DNA of 24,851 bases from a virus. Its lineage: Duplodnaviria; Caudoviricetes. The first letter of the stretch is position 1, and each line of letters opens with the position of its first letter. The notes below the pieces were generated by a model. The model was not told the DNA's origin. It worked only from the letters and a program-made list of their open reading frames with translations, and searched no databases. Both the position numbers and the translations under genes were made by a program. Shown one piece after another: positions 1 to 9,116 of the stretch. The stretch lies in IMG/VR virus record IMGVR_UViG_3300017785_001977, positions 1-24,851 of that record; one strand, 5' to 3'.

Positions 1-1256
1 GCACCACCGACAACAGAGCCAGCAGCAGCACCTTTTGCAGCACCTTTGGTAACGTCCATGACAGCACGCCCCAATGGCTGGAACTGTGCTAATCCAGCCG
101 CTAGCTTACGGCCTGCTTGTGATACACTTTCATCAAGTGCGACACGCTCTAGACCACCAAGTCTTGAGGCTTCTTGTTGTGCAATACGAGCAGCAGCACC
201 AACCACTTCAGCGACCTTTTCAGTTGCTTTAGCACCACCAACAACGCCAGCGGTTAGACCTAAGTCACCCATGGCAGATGCTGTCAATGCCGTAGCTTGT
301 GCACCAACTCCAGAGCCTGGAGCTACAGACTCAGCAATGCGACCAACTCCTTGCAGTGCTCTGCTAGGTAGTGAAGCAACGCCTTGAACGGCTCCAGCAG
401 TGCCTTCGATGGCTCTAAGTCCTGCTTGTGTGATGGCACTAGGAGCGGTCGATGCTCCAACAGTTCCAGCAGTTCCAAGTGCAGCTTTAGCACCCATCTT
501 AGAGAATAGACTTGCACCTGTCTTAAGTGCGGTAGAAGCAGCTCCAGCTAATAAGGTCGGATCAACATATTGGAAGCCTCTGGAGACTTCTTCAATGGGT
601 GCACCACGCATGGTCAACTCCATTGCATAGAGGTTGTTTACGGCATCAGCGTCACTCTGCATCTGTGCATCTACAAGCCTATTATAATCCTCTTCGGTTG
701 TAACATCCTCAACTTCCATCGGGTAAGCATTCGGAAAGTTTGGATTGTCCACAAGTCGAGTCGTCCGCTTTCCAACAAATTCTTCTTTGCTTGGAAGACG
801 TTTTACGGGATTTAGGATCTTTCCTGCAATATCAACTAGTCCAATAGTCCCAGCGACCATTCCAGCACCTGCTGATTCAGCTACGTTGGCAACTTCACCT
901 TGAGAGAGTTTATAAGCAGTTGCTCCAATTCCAGTTCCAACTTCATCAGTAATGCGACTAAAAGTATCCTTAGCAATTCCAAGACCTTCACCAAATGAAA
1001 TCTTCTTGTCTGCTTGATTCTGATTAAATAGGATATACTCATCTCTTGATAAAGACCCAGGTGCATTTGGAATGAATGGATTAACCAATTCCCCACCTTC
1101 AATGACAGCATTCTTCACCCTCTCAACGTAGTCTGCCATGTCCTTACCATTAGGCGGAAACATAGCTGTGACAGAATCATTGATTTGTTCCTGAGTAGCT
1201 TCATCAGGAAACTCAAGGGTTTGATTGCGAGACTCAATGAAGACTTGTTTGGGCAT
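1..1256 (-). CDS. Large internal virion/ejection protein, N-terminal part (runs off the window edge)
   Basis: Not in the ORF track because its stop lies outside the window. ATG at 1256 (MPKQVFIESRNQTLEFPDEATQEQIN...), 1 nt after the previous stop. The frame stays open to position 1. Ala/Gly-rich helical sequence and last position in the virion module fit a podovirus ejection protein. Confidence 0.7.
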   Translation of the reverse strand, partial: MPKQVFIESRNQTLEFPDEATQEQINDSVTAMFPPNGKDMADYVERVKNAVIEGGELVNPFIPNAPGSLSRDEYILFNQNQADKKISFGEGLGIAKDTFSRITDEVGTGIGATAYKLSQGEVANVAESAGAGMVAGTIGLVDIAGKILNPVKRLPSKEEFVGKRTTRLVDNPNFPNAYPMEVEDVTTEEDYNRLVDAQMQSDADAVNNLYAMELTMRGAPIEEVSRGFQYVDPTLLAGAASTALKTGASLFSKMGAKAALGTAGTVGASTAPSAITQAGLRAIEGTAGAVQGVASLPSRALQGVGRIAESVAPGSGVGAQATALTASAMGDLGLTAGVVGGAKATEKVAEVVGAAARIAQQEASRLGGLERVALDESVSQAGRKLAAGLAQFQPLGRAVMDVTKGAAKGAAAGSVVGG

Positions 1257-1257
1257 A

Positions 1258-2280
1258 TTACTGTTTAGGTTCGTATCTTTTTGTGTCTTTATTATACACC
1301 ATGGTAGTTGTTGCAGTCGCTACTGGTTTTCCTGTTGGTTGAGTAGTTGGAGATGTGATCTCTCTCGGTTGATAGTAAGTTGACATCAATGGATCAAACT
1401 TGGCAAGCCTGTCGAGGTTTTTGTTATACTCTCCAGAAACGCGATCTCTAATGCTCTTCATCTTGTTAACAAATTGAGGGAGATTAGTCCCAAAGACTTG
1501 CTCACTTGTGAAGATTCCTGATGGGTTAAACACTCTTTCATTCAACTCAGACATCAACATCTTTGCTTCATCAGCACCCACAGCATCAGGACTACCAACC
1601 TGTAGGGAGTTGATTAACTTGCCTAGTGTTCTGGCATTTGAAAGCCTACTGTTAATGTCAGTATCTGGATTTTCTAACTGAACTAACGCTTCCTCAAGTT
1701 GTCCAAGCATTGGATCAATTGTCACAAGGTAATCTGACGCTTTGGTCATCACTTTTGACATTACTTCAGATGGCTTCTTCTCAGGGTTTGCTGCCTGCTT
1801 TTGAGCCTGCTGCAAATCAAATCGTGCCTTCCTTTCCTGCAATTTAGCTTGTTCTAGCTCAACACGTTCTTTCTCAGACATCGGTTGTTGGATCTCTGGA
1901 GGTGCACCATAATACATCTCAACATCTTTAACTGCTTTCCTTTGAGCCGTTTCAAGTGCTCCATTTTCAGCCAAGTGTTGAACTCCACCAAACTTGTTGG
2001 CAATTTGATTAAACCTGTCTTGAATCAGCTTGTTGTAAGCAATCCGACGAGGATCAGGCTGCATCATTTGTTGCTGTGGAGCCTGTTGAACGAACTGTTG
2101 TTGAGGCATTTGAGTCTGCTGTGGGGCGTAGTTCTCAACAATAGGCGGTTGAACTTGTTGAGCCATCCCTTGTCCGTATTGACTCAAGATATCCTGAGAG
2201 ATGGGCATTGCTTGATAAGACTGCCGAAGCAAGTCTTGAGCATACATATCGAGTCTTGGTTGTTGTGATGGTTCAGCCAT
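1258..2280 (-). CDS. Putative ejection/DNA transfer protein (Gln-rich N-terminus, coiled-coil)
   Basis: 340 aa ORF, Q/P/M-rich low-complexity start followed by helical segments; lies among ejection genes. Confidence 0.55.
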   Translation of the reverse strand: MAEPSQQPRLDMYAQDLLRQSYQAMPISQDILSQYGQGMAQQVQPPIVENYAPQQTQMPQQQFVQQAPQQQMMQPDPRRIAYNKLIQDRFNQIANKFGGVQHLAENGALETAQRKAVKDVEMYYGAPPEIQQPMSEKERVELEQAKLQERKARFDLQQAQKQAANPEKKPSEVMSKVMTKASDYLVTIDPMLGQLEEALVQLENPDTDINSRLSNARTLGKLINSLQVGSPDAVGADEAKMLMSELNERVFNPSGIFTSEQVFGTNLPQFVNKMKSIRDRVSGEYNKNLDRLAKFDPLMSTYYQPREITSPTTQPTGKPVATATTTMVYNKDTKRYEPKQ

Positions 2281-2298
2281 GGCAGTCGTTGTGATGTG

Positions 2299-2919
2299 TT
2301 AGAAACCTCTGTTTGCGCGTATTGTGCCAACTCTAGGCATCATGCTGCCAAAGTTGTCAAATGCACCACCATAAACAGGAACGGATGGTTGAGATTGAAT
2401 TGAAGGCAGCAAATTATTACCAGCAGGCAGTTCAACTTGTCCATTTAGAGGCAATGGTGGCTCATCATATGATCCAATCGCTTGATTGAGTCCTTGACTA
2501 TAAACACCTCTTTGCATCTGTCCTTGAGCCTGTGCAGCCCTAGCTTGTGCTTGGTTGATGCCATAAAGCATTTGCATACGTTGAGCCTCTTGACCTAGAG
2601 AGTTCTGGAACACCGCTTGCTGTTCTGGACTCATCTGACCCATGTTCATGTATTGATCAGCCAATACTGGATTCATAGGAACGCCAGTCGCTTGTGATGT
2701 GGACTGTAAACCTTGGTATTGAGCAGCAGAGCCTTGCTCGAAAGCTTTATCAGCAGCTTTTTGAGCCATGTATTTTTGAGCAATGCCACCTAGACCACTC
2801 GCAACCATGCCAATAGTTTGGGCATTTTGCTTGGTTGGTGCAGTCATCATGTTATACGCATCATCTGGAAGCGTCTTAAATCCTTGTCTGTAAGCTCCGA
2901 AGTATCCACCTTGATTCAT
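2299..2919 (-). CDS. Putative ejection/internal virion protein
   Basis: Likely start is MNQGGYFG at 2919, 5 nt after the upstream stop, rather than 2964. Q/G/A/M-rich composition. Confidence 0.55.
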   Translation of the reverse strand: MNQGGYFGAYRQGFKTLPDDAYNMMTAPTKQNAQTIGMVASGLGGIAQKYMAQKAADKAFEQGSAAQYQGLQSTSQATGVPMNPVLADQYMNMGQMSPEQQAVFQNSLGQEAQRMQMLYGINQAQARAAQAQGQMQRGVYSQGLNQAIGSYDEPPLPLNGQVELPAGNNLLPSIQSQPSVPVYGGAFDNFGSMMPRVGTIRANRGF

Positions 2920-2924
2920 AGTAT

Positions 2925-3728
2925 TTAGTCTTTCATGTAAGTTGCTTTTTCCTGTGATGCCCAAGGCACCTGTCCTGAAATGTTTTCGATTGTCATGTCC
3001 AGCTTAGGACAATGCACAAACTTAGGAGCGTTAACCCTACGATCAACGCAACGAGTGCAAGCGTGAACGTAGTCAACGTTATGCGCCTTCTCTGCCTTCT
3101 CTCTCCACTTGCCATTCGCTTTTTCGTAACGGTAGGAATCATATGGAACGTCATAGCGTTCGATGTATTCCCACACGTCATCATGAGTCCAGTCTCGAAG
3201 AGGAAACATAGCAGTTGCTTGATTCCACATAACCCTTGAGTCAATACGAGTTCCAACGTCACCACCGACGATTGTGTCTGTATCACAGCCCTTGTGACCT
3301 ATCCACAATGCATCAAATGCAGGAGCCTCCAGCATCAACTGCTTTGGTCGTTTAATGATGTCTAGTGAGCAGGTAAACGAGCAGCCTTGAATAGGCTCCA
3401 CAATGCCAGTAGGACACGTTAGAATGTTTGAGTTGATCTGATACACGTTCTGCACTTCAAACTCATCACCTGTCTGCTGGTAAGAAGACTCTTGAGGATG
3501 CCAATTGTAAGCTAACAAATTCCATCGCTTAATGATCTCATCAGCGAAGACATACTTCCTTGGTTCCCATGGTTCACGAAAGAAGATCACAGGCATAGAG
3601 ATGCCCATGCCTTTCATGATGTGAAGAAGTGCCATCGAATCCTTGCCACTACTCCAACAAATCATCCCTTTAGGAAACGACTTGATGCCACTGGCAATAA
3701 GCTTCTTTGTAGTTTCTAGTTTAGTCAT
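2925..3728 (-). CDS. PAPS reductase family (PP-loop adenine nucleotide alpha-hydrolase) protein
   Basis: PP-loop ICWSSGKDSMALL, WIGHKGCD, FPLRDWTHDDVWEYI and CTRC are family motifs. The C-terminal ECGLH of true CysH is absent. Confidence 0.85.
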   Translation of the reverse strand: MTKLETTKKLIASGIKSFPKGMICWSSGKDSMALLHIMKGMGISMPVIFFREPWEPRKYVFADEIIKRWNLLAYNWHPQESSYQQTGDEFEVQNVYQINSNILTCPTGIVEPIQGCSFTCSLDIIKRPKQLMLEAPAFDALWIGHKGCDTDTIVGGDVGTRIDSRVMWNQATAMFPLRDWTHDDVWEYIERYDVPYDSYRYEKANGKWREKAEKAHNVDYVHACTRCVDRRVNAPKFVHCPKLDMTIENISGQVPWASQEKATYMKD

Positions 3729-4513
3729 TAGAATAGACCGATTCCGATTACAGCAGCACTTGCACCTGCACCAATCATTGCTGACTTGTTGGCAGCACCA
3801 GCAGCTTGAGAAGTAAACTTATTCTGTGCATTCTGTGAGTAGATATCAGATGCCATCTGTGACTCAGGTTGGAACTGTCGTCCTGACATTAGTCCAGAGG
3901 CTTGACCTGCTAGACCGGAAAGCGTTTGAGCCATCGGTTGGTAGGTCGTGTTGTAATACTGAGGAACGCCAGATGTCTCTAGTTGGTTAGCCACATTGCC
4001 AGCAAACTGTTGTCGTTGCTGCCTGAGTGCTTCACCCATTCCATACTGGCTCATGATCTCCGCACCAATAGCACGGTTACCTGTGCCCATACCTCTAGCA
4101 GCATACGCAGCCCTAGCTTGTTGCTGTGCAATCCTTTGTTGCTCTGGCGTTAGACTAGAACCAGCGGCTAGACCTTCCTCGGCTTGTGTCTGTAGTTGTG
4201 AGAGCAGGTTAGCAGATCCAGCACCTTGTCGAAACTGCTGCACGAACTGAGGCATATACTTCTGCTGCTGAGCAATGTCAGCTTCAGACATTTGGTTCTG
4301 GTAATCAATTAGGCCAGGCATTGCCTCACCGTAGATACCTTGTAAGCCTTGCAGACTTTGACCTAACTGCGAGATGTTAAGATCAGTGTATTGAGGTTGA
4401 TACTGCCTCTCTGCTGCCAGAACTTTAGGCGCAAGCCTCATCTGTGCATTGAGAGTATCAGTCATCATCTTCGCATACGAGATGGGTTTTGGTGGTTCAG
4501 GTGACGATCCCAT
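3728..4513 (-). CDS. Putative DNA pilot/ejection protein
   Basis: MGSSPEPPKP start, Gln/Ala-rich helices, ARGMGTG motif and hydrophobic Gly/Ala C-terminus (GAGASAAVIGIGLF), typical of small podovirus ejection proteins. Confidence 0.6.
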   Translation of the reverse strand: MGSSPEPPKPISYAKMMTDTLNAQMRLAPKVLAAERQYQPQYTDLNISQLGQSLQGLQGIYGEAMPGLIDYQNQMSEADIAQQQKYMPQFVQQFRQGAGSANLLSQLQTQAEEGLAAGSSLTPEQQRIAQQQARAAYAARGMGTGNRAIGAEIMSQYGMGEALRQQRQQFAGNVANQLETSGVPQYYNTTYQPMAQTLSGLAGQASGLMSGRQFQPESQMASDIYSQNAQNKFTSQAAGAANKSAMIGAGASAAVIGIGLF

Positions 4514-4835
4514 ATTTTTCTTTCATTTTGTTGAAGTTTTGAGCGTGAAATTTGTTTAAACCGTGACGCTGAAAGACAAGATACTCTAAAGCGTGAGGAG
4601 CTTTTAGTAAGATATCCTTTAAGTCACTAGCGGCAAGATGCACAAACCAGCCATTATGTCTATCAGTTAAAAAGAACGGTTTGTATCCGTCCCAGTAACA
4701 TTGTTGAGCCAAACAGAAACTTGTGTCAGATGAGTAAACGACTCCATACTGAATGCAACTAGCCAACATGCTCTCGAAAGGAGCGGCATCAGGCCACTTC
4801 TCAAGCCATTGTTTAGCTAGTTGCCATGGTTTCAT
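4497..4835 (-). CDS. Virion assembly protein (T7 gp13 / P22 gp14 positional equivalent)
   Basis: 112 aa, aromatic-rich (GWFVHLAA), located between tail and ejection genes. Call rests mainly on synteny. Confidence 0.4.
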   Translation of the reverse strand: MKPWQLAKQWLEKWPDAAPFESMLASCIQYGVVYSSDTSFCLAQQCYWDGYKPFFLTDRHNGWFVHLAASDLKDILLKAPHALEYLVFQRHGLNKFHAQNFNKMKEKYGIVT

Positions 4836-6161
4836 TTACCAGATTGATTGAAAGTGAAACTCACCAGATGTTTCGGTGTTGATTCCTCCGGTGTCGTAAC
4901 TAACAAAAGCAAAGCCACTAACCGTCTTCAAGACATTTGATGGAACATTGCTCACGATGTTATTAACCTGAGGAGTGAAAAGATTGGTGCTTGATGTGAA
5001 CTTTACCGCAGAAAGGTTTAGAATATATGCATCAGCGGAAGGTGGTTTATTAGTAAAGTTCACACGAATTACCCGTGATGAATCTTTACCGTAGGCTGAG
5101 TAAGCATTATTGCCTGCAAGTAAAGCATGCGAATACCAATTGATTGCAACATTGGTTTGAACTGAGGTTGTAGCCGTAACAATCGTAAATGTGTTTGCAT
5201 TAGCGACCGTAACAACACTATACCAGCCAGAGGTTAAGCCAGTCCCAGTAAAGTATGCTGCATCATCAACTCTAAACCCATGAGCTGTCTTTGTTACAGT
5301 CATTGTCTGTGATCCAGATGTTCTGCTGTAAGTGGCTGAAACAGTGACAGGGTTAGCACTAATATTAGCCCATGCTTTAATAAATGCGCCAACAGTTGTT
5401 TTGAGTCGGTTGGAATCTGACACGTCTTTGAACAAGAACTCATCACCAGTCCCAAGTTCAACACTGGCAACGTTAATCGGAATGTTACCTTGTAGCGGTC
5501 CAGTGAGTGTCGAGCTGATAGTCAGTGCCTTCTCATACCATGTCACATTCCCAACTATGTCACCTGCATCAGCAACTGTAACGGTAAACACATCAACAGA
5601 CGTTACTGTGACAGTATAAGTGCCGTTGAGAATACTGCTAGTTACTGGCACTGCACTTGTCCCTGTAAACACAAAGTAACGAGAATTGCCAGTGGTTAAG
5701 CCATGAGCAGTCTTTGTGACTGTGAGAAGGGTTGTCGTCCTTGCCCACGTTGCACTAGCTACAGCAGCAGTTCCTAGCGTTGTATCACTGCTAACCGTTA
5801 CAGGTGCGCCGAAGCTGGATGTTGCATTGACTGTTAGGGTATCAGCAGCAGCATCTCCTAGAGTTGTGTTGCCATTTGCAGTCAATGCGCCAGATAAGGT
5901 TGTTGCGCCAGTTACGGCAAGGCTAGCAGCAGACGTTCCTGTTGGAAGGTTAGCGGCTAGTGTGGAAAGGCTTACCTTCTTAGCAGGTGAAGCTCCAGCC
6001 GTAGCAATTAGGAACTCATCAGCAGGTGCAGGAGAAGCTACTGCATCTTGACCTGATATAAACGTTGCAAGAGGCTTTGCGTCAATAACGTGGTTCGTTA
6101 GTGCATCAGCATTGAGAACGTTACCTTGAACGAATGTTTGAGTGGAAACGAGTGTTGGCAT
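4836..6161 (-). CDS. Tail fibre/spike-like protein with two repeated beta modules
   Basis: Thr/Ala/Gly/Val-rich; fibre-like SLAVTGATTLSGAL...TLGDAAADTLTVNA segment; two TVTKTAHG...Y.V...FT modules. Confidence 0.7.
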   Translation of the reverse strand: MPTLVSTQTFVQGNVLNADALTNHVIDAKPLATFISGQDAVASPAPADEFLIATAGASPAKKVSLSTLAANLPTGTSAASLAVTGATTLSGALTANGNTTLGDAAADTLTVNATSSFGAPVTVSSDTTLGTAAVASATWARTTTLLTVTKTAHGLTTGNSRYFVFTGTSAVPVTSSILNGTYTVTVTSVDVFTVTVADAGDIVGNVTWYEKALTISSTLTGPLQGNIPINVASVELGTGDEFLFKDVSDSNRLKTTVGAFIKAWANISANPVTVSATYSRTSGSQTMTVTKTAHGFRVDDAAYFTGTGLTSGWYSVVTVANANTFTIVTATTSVQTNVAINWYSHALLAGNNAYSAYGKDSSRVIRVNFTNKPPSADAYILNLSAVKFTSSTNLFTPQVNNIVSNVPSNVLKTVSGFAFVSYDTGGINTETSGEFHFQSIW

Positions 6162-6164
6162 ATT

Positions 6165-8114
6165 TTATTCGGTTGAGACTAGGTTACGACCAGGAGTAAT
6201 TGCATCAATAGTTAAGCCACGAATGGTTGGACGTCCTGCGTTAATTGTGAACTTGATGTCTATGGCATAAGCTCTGCGTGAGACCTTAGCTCTGACATTC
6301 TTATCCTCTGCGGTTGTGCTTGTAAAGTTAATCAAGCTGATGTCAGTGTCTGGATTAGTAGCAATGGCAGAGATGTCCATGTTTGTGCTAGCATCCAGAA
6401 GCATATCAGTCTGAAGACCAGAGAAACGCTTTTGATCAAACGTCTTGAAGGAGTAGCGTCTGCTTGTGAGTATAGCTGGGATCGTAGATTGAATCACTCC
6501 TGTAACAAATACAGCTGAATCGGCACCTGCTGTATCTCCTAACAGAGCAGTTCCTAGAACTGGCGTTCCAGTTCCATTGTTAAGCAGATCAACTTCACCT
6601 TGTTCGCTTAGATGTAGCTTTCTCAACGAGACTGCAAACATCTGGTTTCTGTTGTTGTAGACTGCCTGCAATAGCACTCTCGGTGCATACGAACCGACAT
6701 TGATGTTCTGAGGATACTTATCCACCGATTCCCATGCTTGATTCAGCAGTGAGTAAACCAACGTTGCATTGTTCGTCGTAGGAGCTACATCGGAATCAAT
6801 CAGAGGAATAGACAGATAATAACGGTTGTTAAAAAACAGACCACAAGCGTTCTGAGCATACTGCGTGTTGATGTCCTCAATAATGTCAGAGATTAAATCA
6901 GACAGAGGCTTTTGATCACCTACTAGCTTGAGGTCTAACGTGTTATTGAGCAGGTAAACGCCACGATCTGAGAGGAAGAACACCTGTTGCCCTGCGAAGG
7001 TAATAGAACGCCTTGCAACACATCCAAACTGGTTGGTTAGAGTCTGAACGAAGGAAGTGTTGTCGATTCCTCGGTCAATCGTTGTGTTCGTAATAGCAGG
7101 TGGAGGAATAAAACCGTAGTAAATGCTGTTGCGCTTAAAGATGAGAAACTTGTCCTCTTGGAATGGCACAAAGCCTACGATGTAGTCATTATCTCCCACA
7201 TTGATCTTGAATTGATCTAGCGAGACATCAAACACGTTCGGTTCGTAATAGTTAGACGCTGCAATTTCGTCACGGCTAACGCAAAGCACGATGCGACCTT
7301 GGAAATACATTCCGAAGTCTGCTGGAGGCATACAAGCGTCGGTTTCGTTTGAAAGATACGGATATTGATCAGCAGCATCAGTTGCGTTGTCCACTGCTTG
7401 AGGAACTGCGCTCACTGTTTCGGTTACACCATCAAACACCAAGGGAGTTTTTGCTTCGATGCATTGAAAGGTTGTGTGATTCTTAGAACCTGACGCTGTC
7501 GTTGAATAAGTCAACGTTGTTGACAAAGGTAAAGTCTCTACAAAGTAGGAACCTGAAAGGTCTGGATGCGATGGAACATAAACGATAAGCTCATCGCCAA
7601 TTGAGTAACCATGAGCAGCAGAAAAGGTCAGCGTCACAGTTGTTCCGCTTCGACTAACTACTGCTGTTCCAGTGTTAGTCTTTACATCATTTCTGCTATA
7701 ACCTCGCAAGATGTAAATCTTGTTCTCAGCTTGGAAGGCATCAACTGGATCTGACTCGGAGATTGAACGGACGTAAGTAGTTCCACCGATCACTTGTGAA
7801 GGGTAGGGTCTAGCTGAAGAAATAGTCTTCGTTGTCGTGTTATAGGTGTAAAGTGCAGTCTCAGAGACTAGGACGATAGACTGCTCACCTGTGGAACTTG
7901 TATAAAGGCAGCTAGTCAGAAACTTCTTACCACCAGATACAAGGTCAGGAGTCGTTAGGTCTAAACATCCTGCACGAACCTTAGCCTCTCCACGATCCAT
8001 TCGCATATTCTGTGCGTATTGCACATAACCTGCTGCAACGTTGACAGGATTCTCTCGGCTGGATATACCAACAAAGCCAAGGTCTCCGTCTGTTTGGTAT
8101 GGATTATTAGGCAT
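6165..8114 (-). CDS. Tail tubular protein B / nozzle (P22 gp10- or T7 gp12-like beta-propeller)
   Basis: 649 aa; AQNMRMDRG, FQGRIVL, FLIFKRNSIY, GCVARRSI, VFFLSDRGVY, NRYYLSIP and LVYSLLNQAW are nozzle/stabilisation-protein-like motifs. Confidence 0.75.
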   Translation of the reverse strand: MPNNPYQTDGDLGFVGISSRENPVNVAAGYVQYAQNMRMDRGEAKVRAGCLDLTTPDLVSGGKKFLTSCLYTSSTGEQSIVLVSETALYTYNTTTKTISSARPYPSQVIGGTTYVRSISESDPVDAFQAENKIYILRGYSRNDVKTNTGTAVVSRSGTTVTLTFSAAHGYSIGDELIVYVPSHPDLSGSYFVETLPLSTTLTYSTTASGSKNHTTFQCIEAKTPLVFDGVTETVSAVPQAVDNATDAADQYPYLSNETDACMPPADFGMYFQGRIVLCVSRDEIAASNYYEPNVFDVSLDQFKINVGDNDYIVGFVPFQEDKFLIFKRNSIYYGFIPPPAITNTTIDRGIDNTSFVQTLTNQFGCVARRSITFAGQQVFFLSDRGVYLLNNTLDLKLVGDQKPLSDLISDIIEDINTQYAQNACGLFFNNRYYLSIPLIDSDVAPTTNNATLVYSLLNQAWESVDKYPQNINVGSYAPRVLLQAVYNNRNQMFAVSLRKLHLSEQGEVDLLNNGTGTPVLGTALLGDTAGADSAVFVTGVIQSTIPAILTSRRYSFKTFDQKRFSGLQTDMLLDASTNMDISAIATNPDTDISLINFTSTTAEDKNVRAKVSRRAYAIDIKFTINAGRPTIRGLTIDAITPGRNLVSTE

Positions 8115-8115
8115 G

Positions 8116-8592
8116 TTAAATCAGCTTCTGAATGTCTTTGCCGTTACTTTCCATCCTTTCCTTTGCTTGAGCAAGAGACAGCCCAAAGGTAACTTGGAAG
8201 TGTGGATTTTCTGTAAAGCTCTTCCACGTTCCAGCCCATTCGATGCCCTTTGCTGCTGCTAGCTTGCCTATTTCAGCGTAGAGTTTGTCAGCTTCAGCAG
8301 GTTTCTTCTCGTCGAGGTAAACACCACCTTTGAATAAGCCAAGGTCTATGGCTAAACCGTAGTTATGCCAACTAGACCCAGGTTTTGCTTTGGTTACTAT
8401 CGGTCCAGGCTTAGTTCTACCAGAGGCATAAAGAGCAGCTTGTGCAGACCATGAACGAAGTCCTGAGATTACCTCAACGGTCACGCCTTTAGGAGCTAGA
8501 AACAACTCAACTTGCACGATAAACGGCTCAAGTTTAGCGAGTGCTTTCTTGTTTAGTGATCCAAGGTTTTCAATGGTTCTCTTTGTTCTCAT
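8116..8592 (-). CDS. Endolysin, peptidase M15 family (L-alanyl-D-glutamate peptidase-like)
   Basis: SGLRS..AQAALYASGRT, SWHNYGLAIDL and WAGTWKSFTENPHFQ Zn-peptidase motifs. Start reassigned to MRTKRT at 8592. Confidence 0.9.
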   Translation of the reverse strand: MRTKRTIENLGSLNKKALAKLEPFIVQVELFLAPKGVTVEVISGLRSWSAQAALYASGRTKPGPIVTKAKPGSSWHNYGLAIDLGLFKGGVYLDEKKPAEADKLYAEIGKLAAAKGIEWAGTWKSFTENPHFQVTFGLSLAQAKERMESNGKDIQKLI

Positions 8593-8713
8593 GGCTTTTC
8601 TTCTCCTCTTCTGCTGCTGCAAGATCACAGCTTATGAATAGAGCTATGATACCAAGTGATCCTACTGCTATAAAAGCAAACAGGACTCCTAGAACTATGT
8701 TAATGACAGTCAT
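8570..8713 (-). CDS. Small single-TM membrane protein of the lysis cassette (47 aa)
   Basis: Not in the ORF track: MTVINIVLGVLFAFIAVGSLGIIALFISCDLAAAEEEKKSHENKENH. ATGA overlap with the o-spanin stop. Confidence 0.55.
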   Translation of the reverse strand: MTVINIVLGVLFAFIAVGSLGIIALFISCDLAAAEEEKKSHENKENH

Positions 8714-8958
8714 TTATCTCTGCCAATGGTTAGTGCGCGGGTAAACGCAGCCTGTGAATAGAGATACTCACCAGTGCCCGTCCAGACGCCTTCGCTGAAC
8801 TGATACTGCGTGCCTTTAATGCTTGTCATTGAGGTTGGAGTATAGAGTGCCGATGAGTTTATCAACGACTCTGCGCTCTCTATCGAGGACCTCGATTTGC
8901 AAGAGAGCAGACTCAGTAGCCCCAACAGACAAACGGAGTATTTCACGATCAATTTCAT
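8710..8958 (-). CDS. Outer-membrane lipoprotein, o-spanin (Rz1-like)
   Basis: MKLIVKYSVCLLGLLSLLS-C lipobox signal; overlaps the upstream i-spanin candidate in another frame. Confidence 0.65.
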   Translation of the reverse strand: MKLIVKYSVCLLGLLSLLSCKSRSSIESAESLINSSALYTPTSMTSIKGTQYQFSEGVWTGTGEYLYSQAAFTRALTIGRDK

Positions 8959-9040
8959 GGAGTCTTTGAAAGGGTTTTGAGGCATTGACTGCCAACCAGA
9001 CTCGCAAAGTCAGCTTGAGTAGTTCGATAATGCCTATCAT
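8816..9040 (-). CDS. Inner-membrane i-spanin candidate (Rz-like)
   Basis: MIGIIELLKLTLRVWLAV hydrophobic N-terminus followed by a charged coiled-coil. Start at 9040, because the track's extension to 9073 runs through a tRNA-like element. Confidence 0.55.
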   Translation of the reverse strand: MIGIIELLKLTLRVWLAVNASKPFQRLHEIDREILRLSVGATESALLQIEVLDRERRVVDKLIGTLYSNLNDKH

Positions 9041-9046
9041 AAAAAG

Positions 9047-9110
9047 TGGAGCAAGGGCGGGACTTGCACCCACTGTAGGCTACGGTTTATAGGTCCGCTC
9101 CTTACCCTGC
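9047..9110 (-). ncRNA. tRNA-like RNA lacking the D-arm, with encoded 3' CCA
   Basis: GCAGGG-TAAGGA-GCGGACCTATAAACCGT-AGCCTACA-GTGGG TGCAAGT CCCGC-CCTTGC-T-CCA: 6-bp acceptor stem, 5-bp T-arm with 7-nt loop, anticodon-like arm, CCA. Confidence 0.55.
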
Positions 9111-9116
9111 ATTTGG

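Noticed and set aside
323-1111. Short minus-strand ORFs 323-517 and 881-1111
   Set aside because: Alternative frames inside the long open frame starting at 1256.
2925-3728. Calling the gene cysH or dndC
   Set aside because: No ECGLH motif, and no other cys or dnd genes in the window.
9047-9110. Annotating a functional tRNA-Ile(UAU)
   Set aside because: No D-arm, 6-bp acceptor stem, mismatched anticodon stem, C instead of U33 and a TGC T-loop; kept only as tRNA-like.
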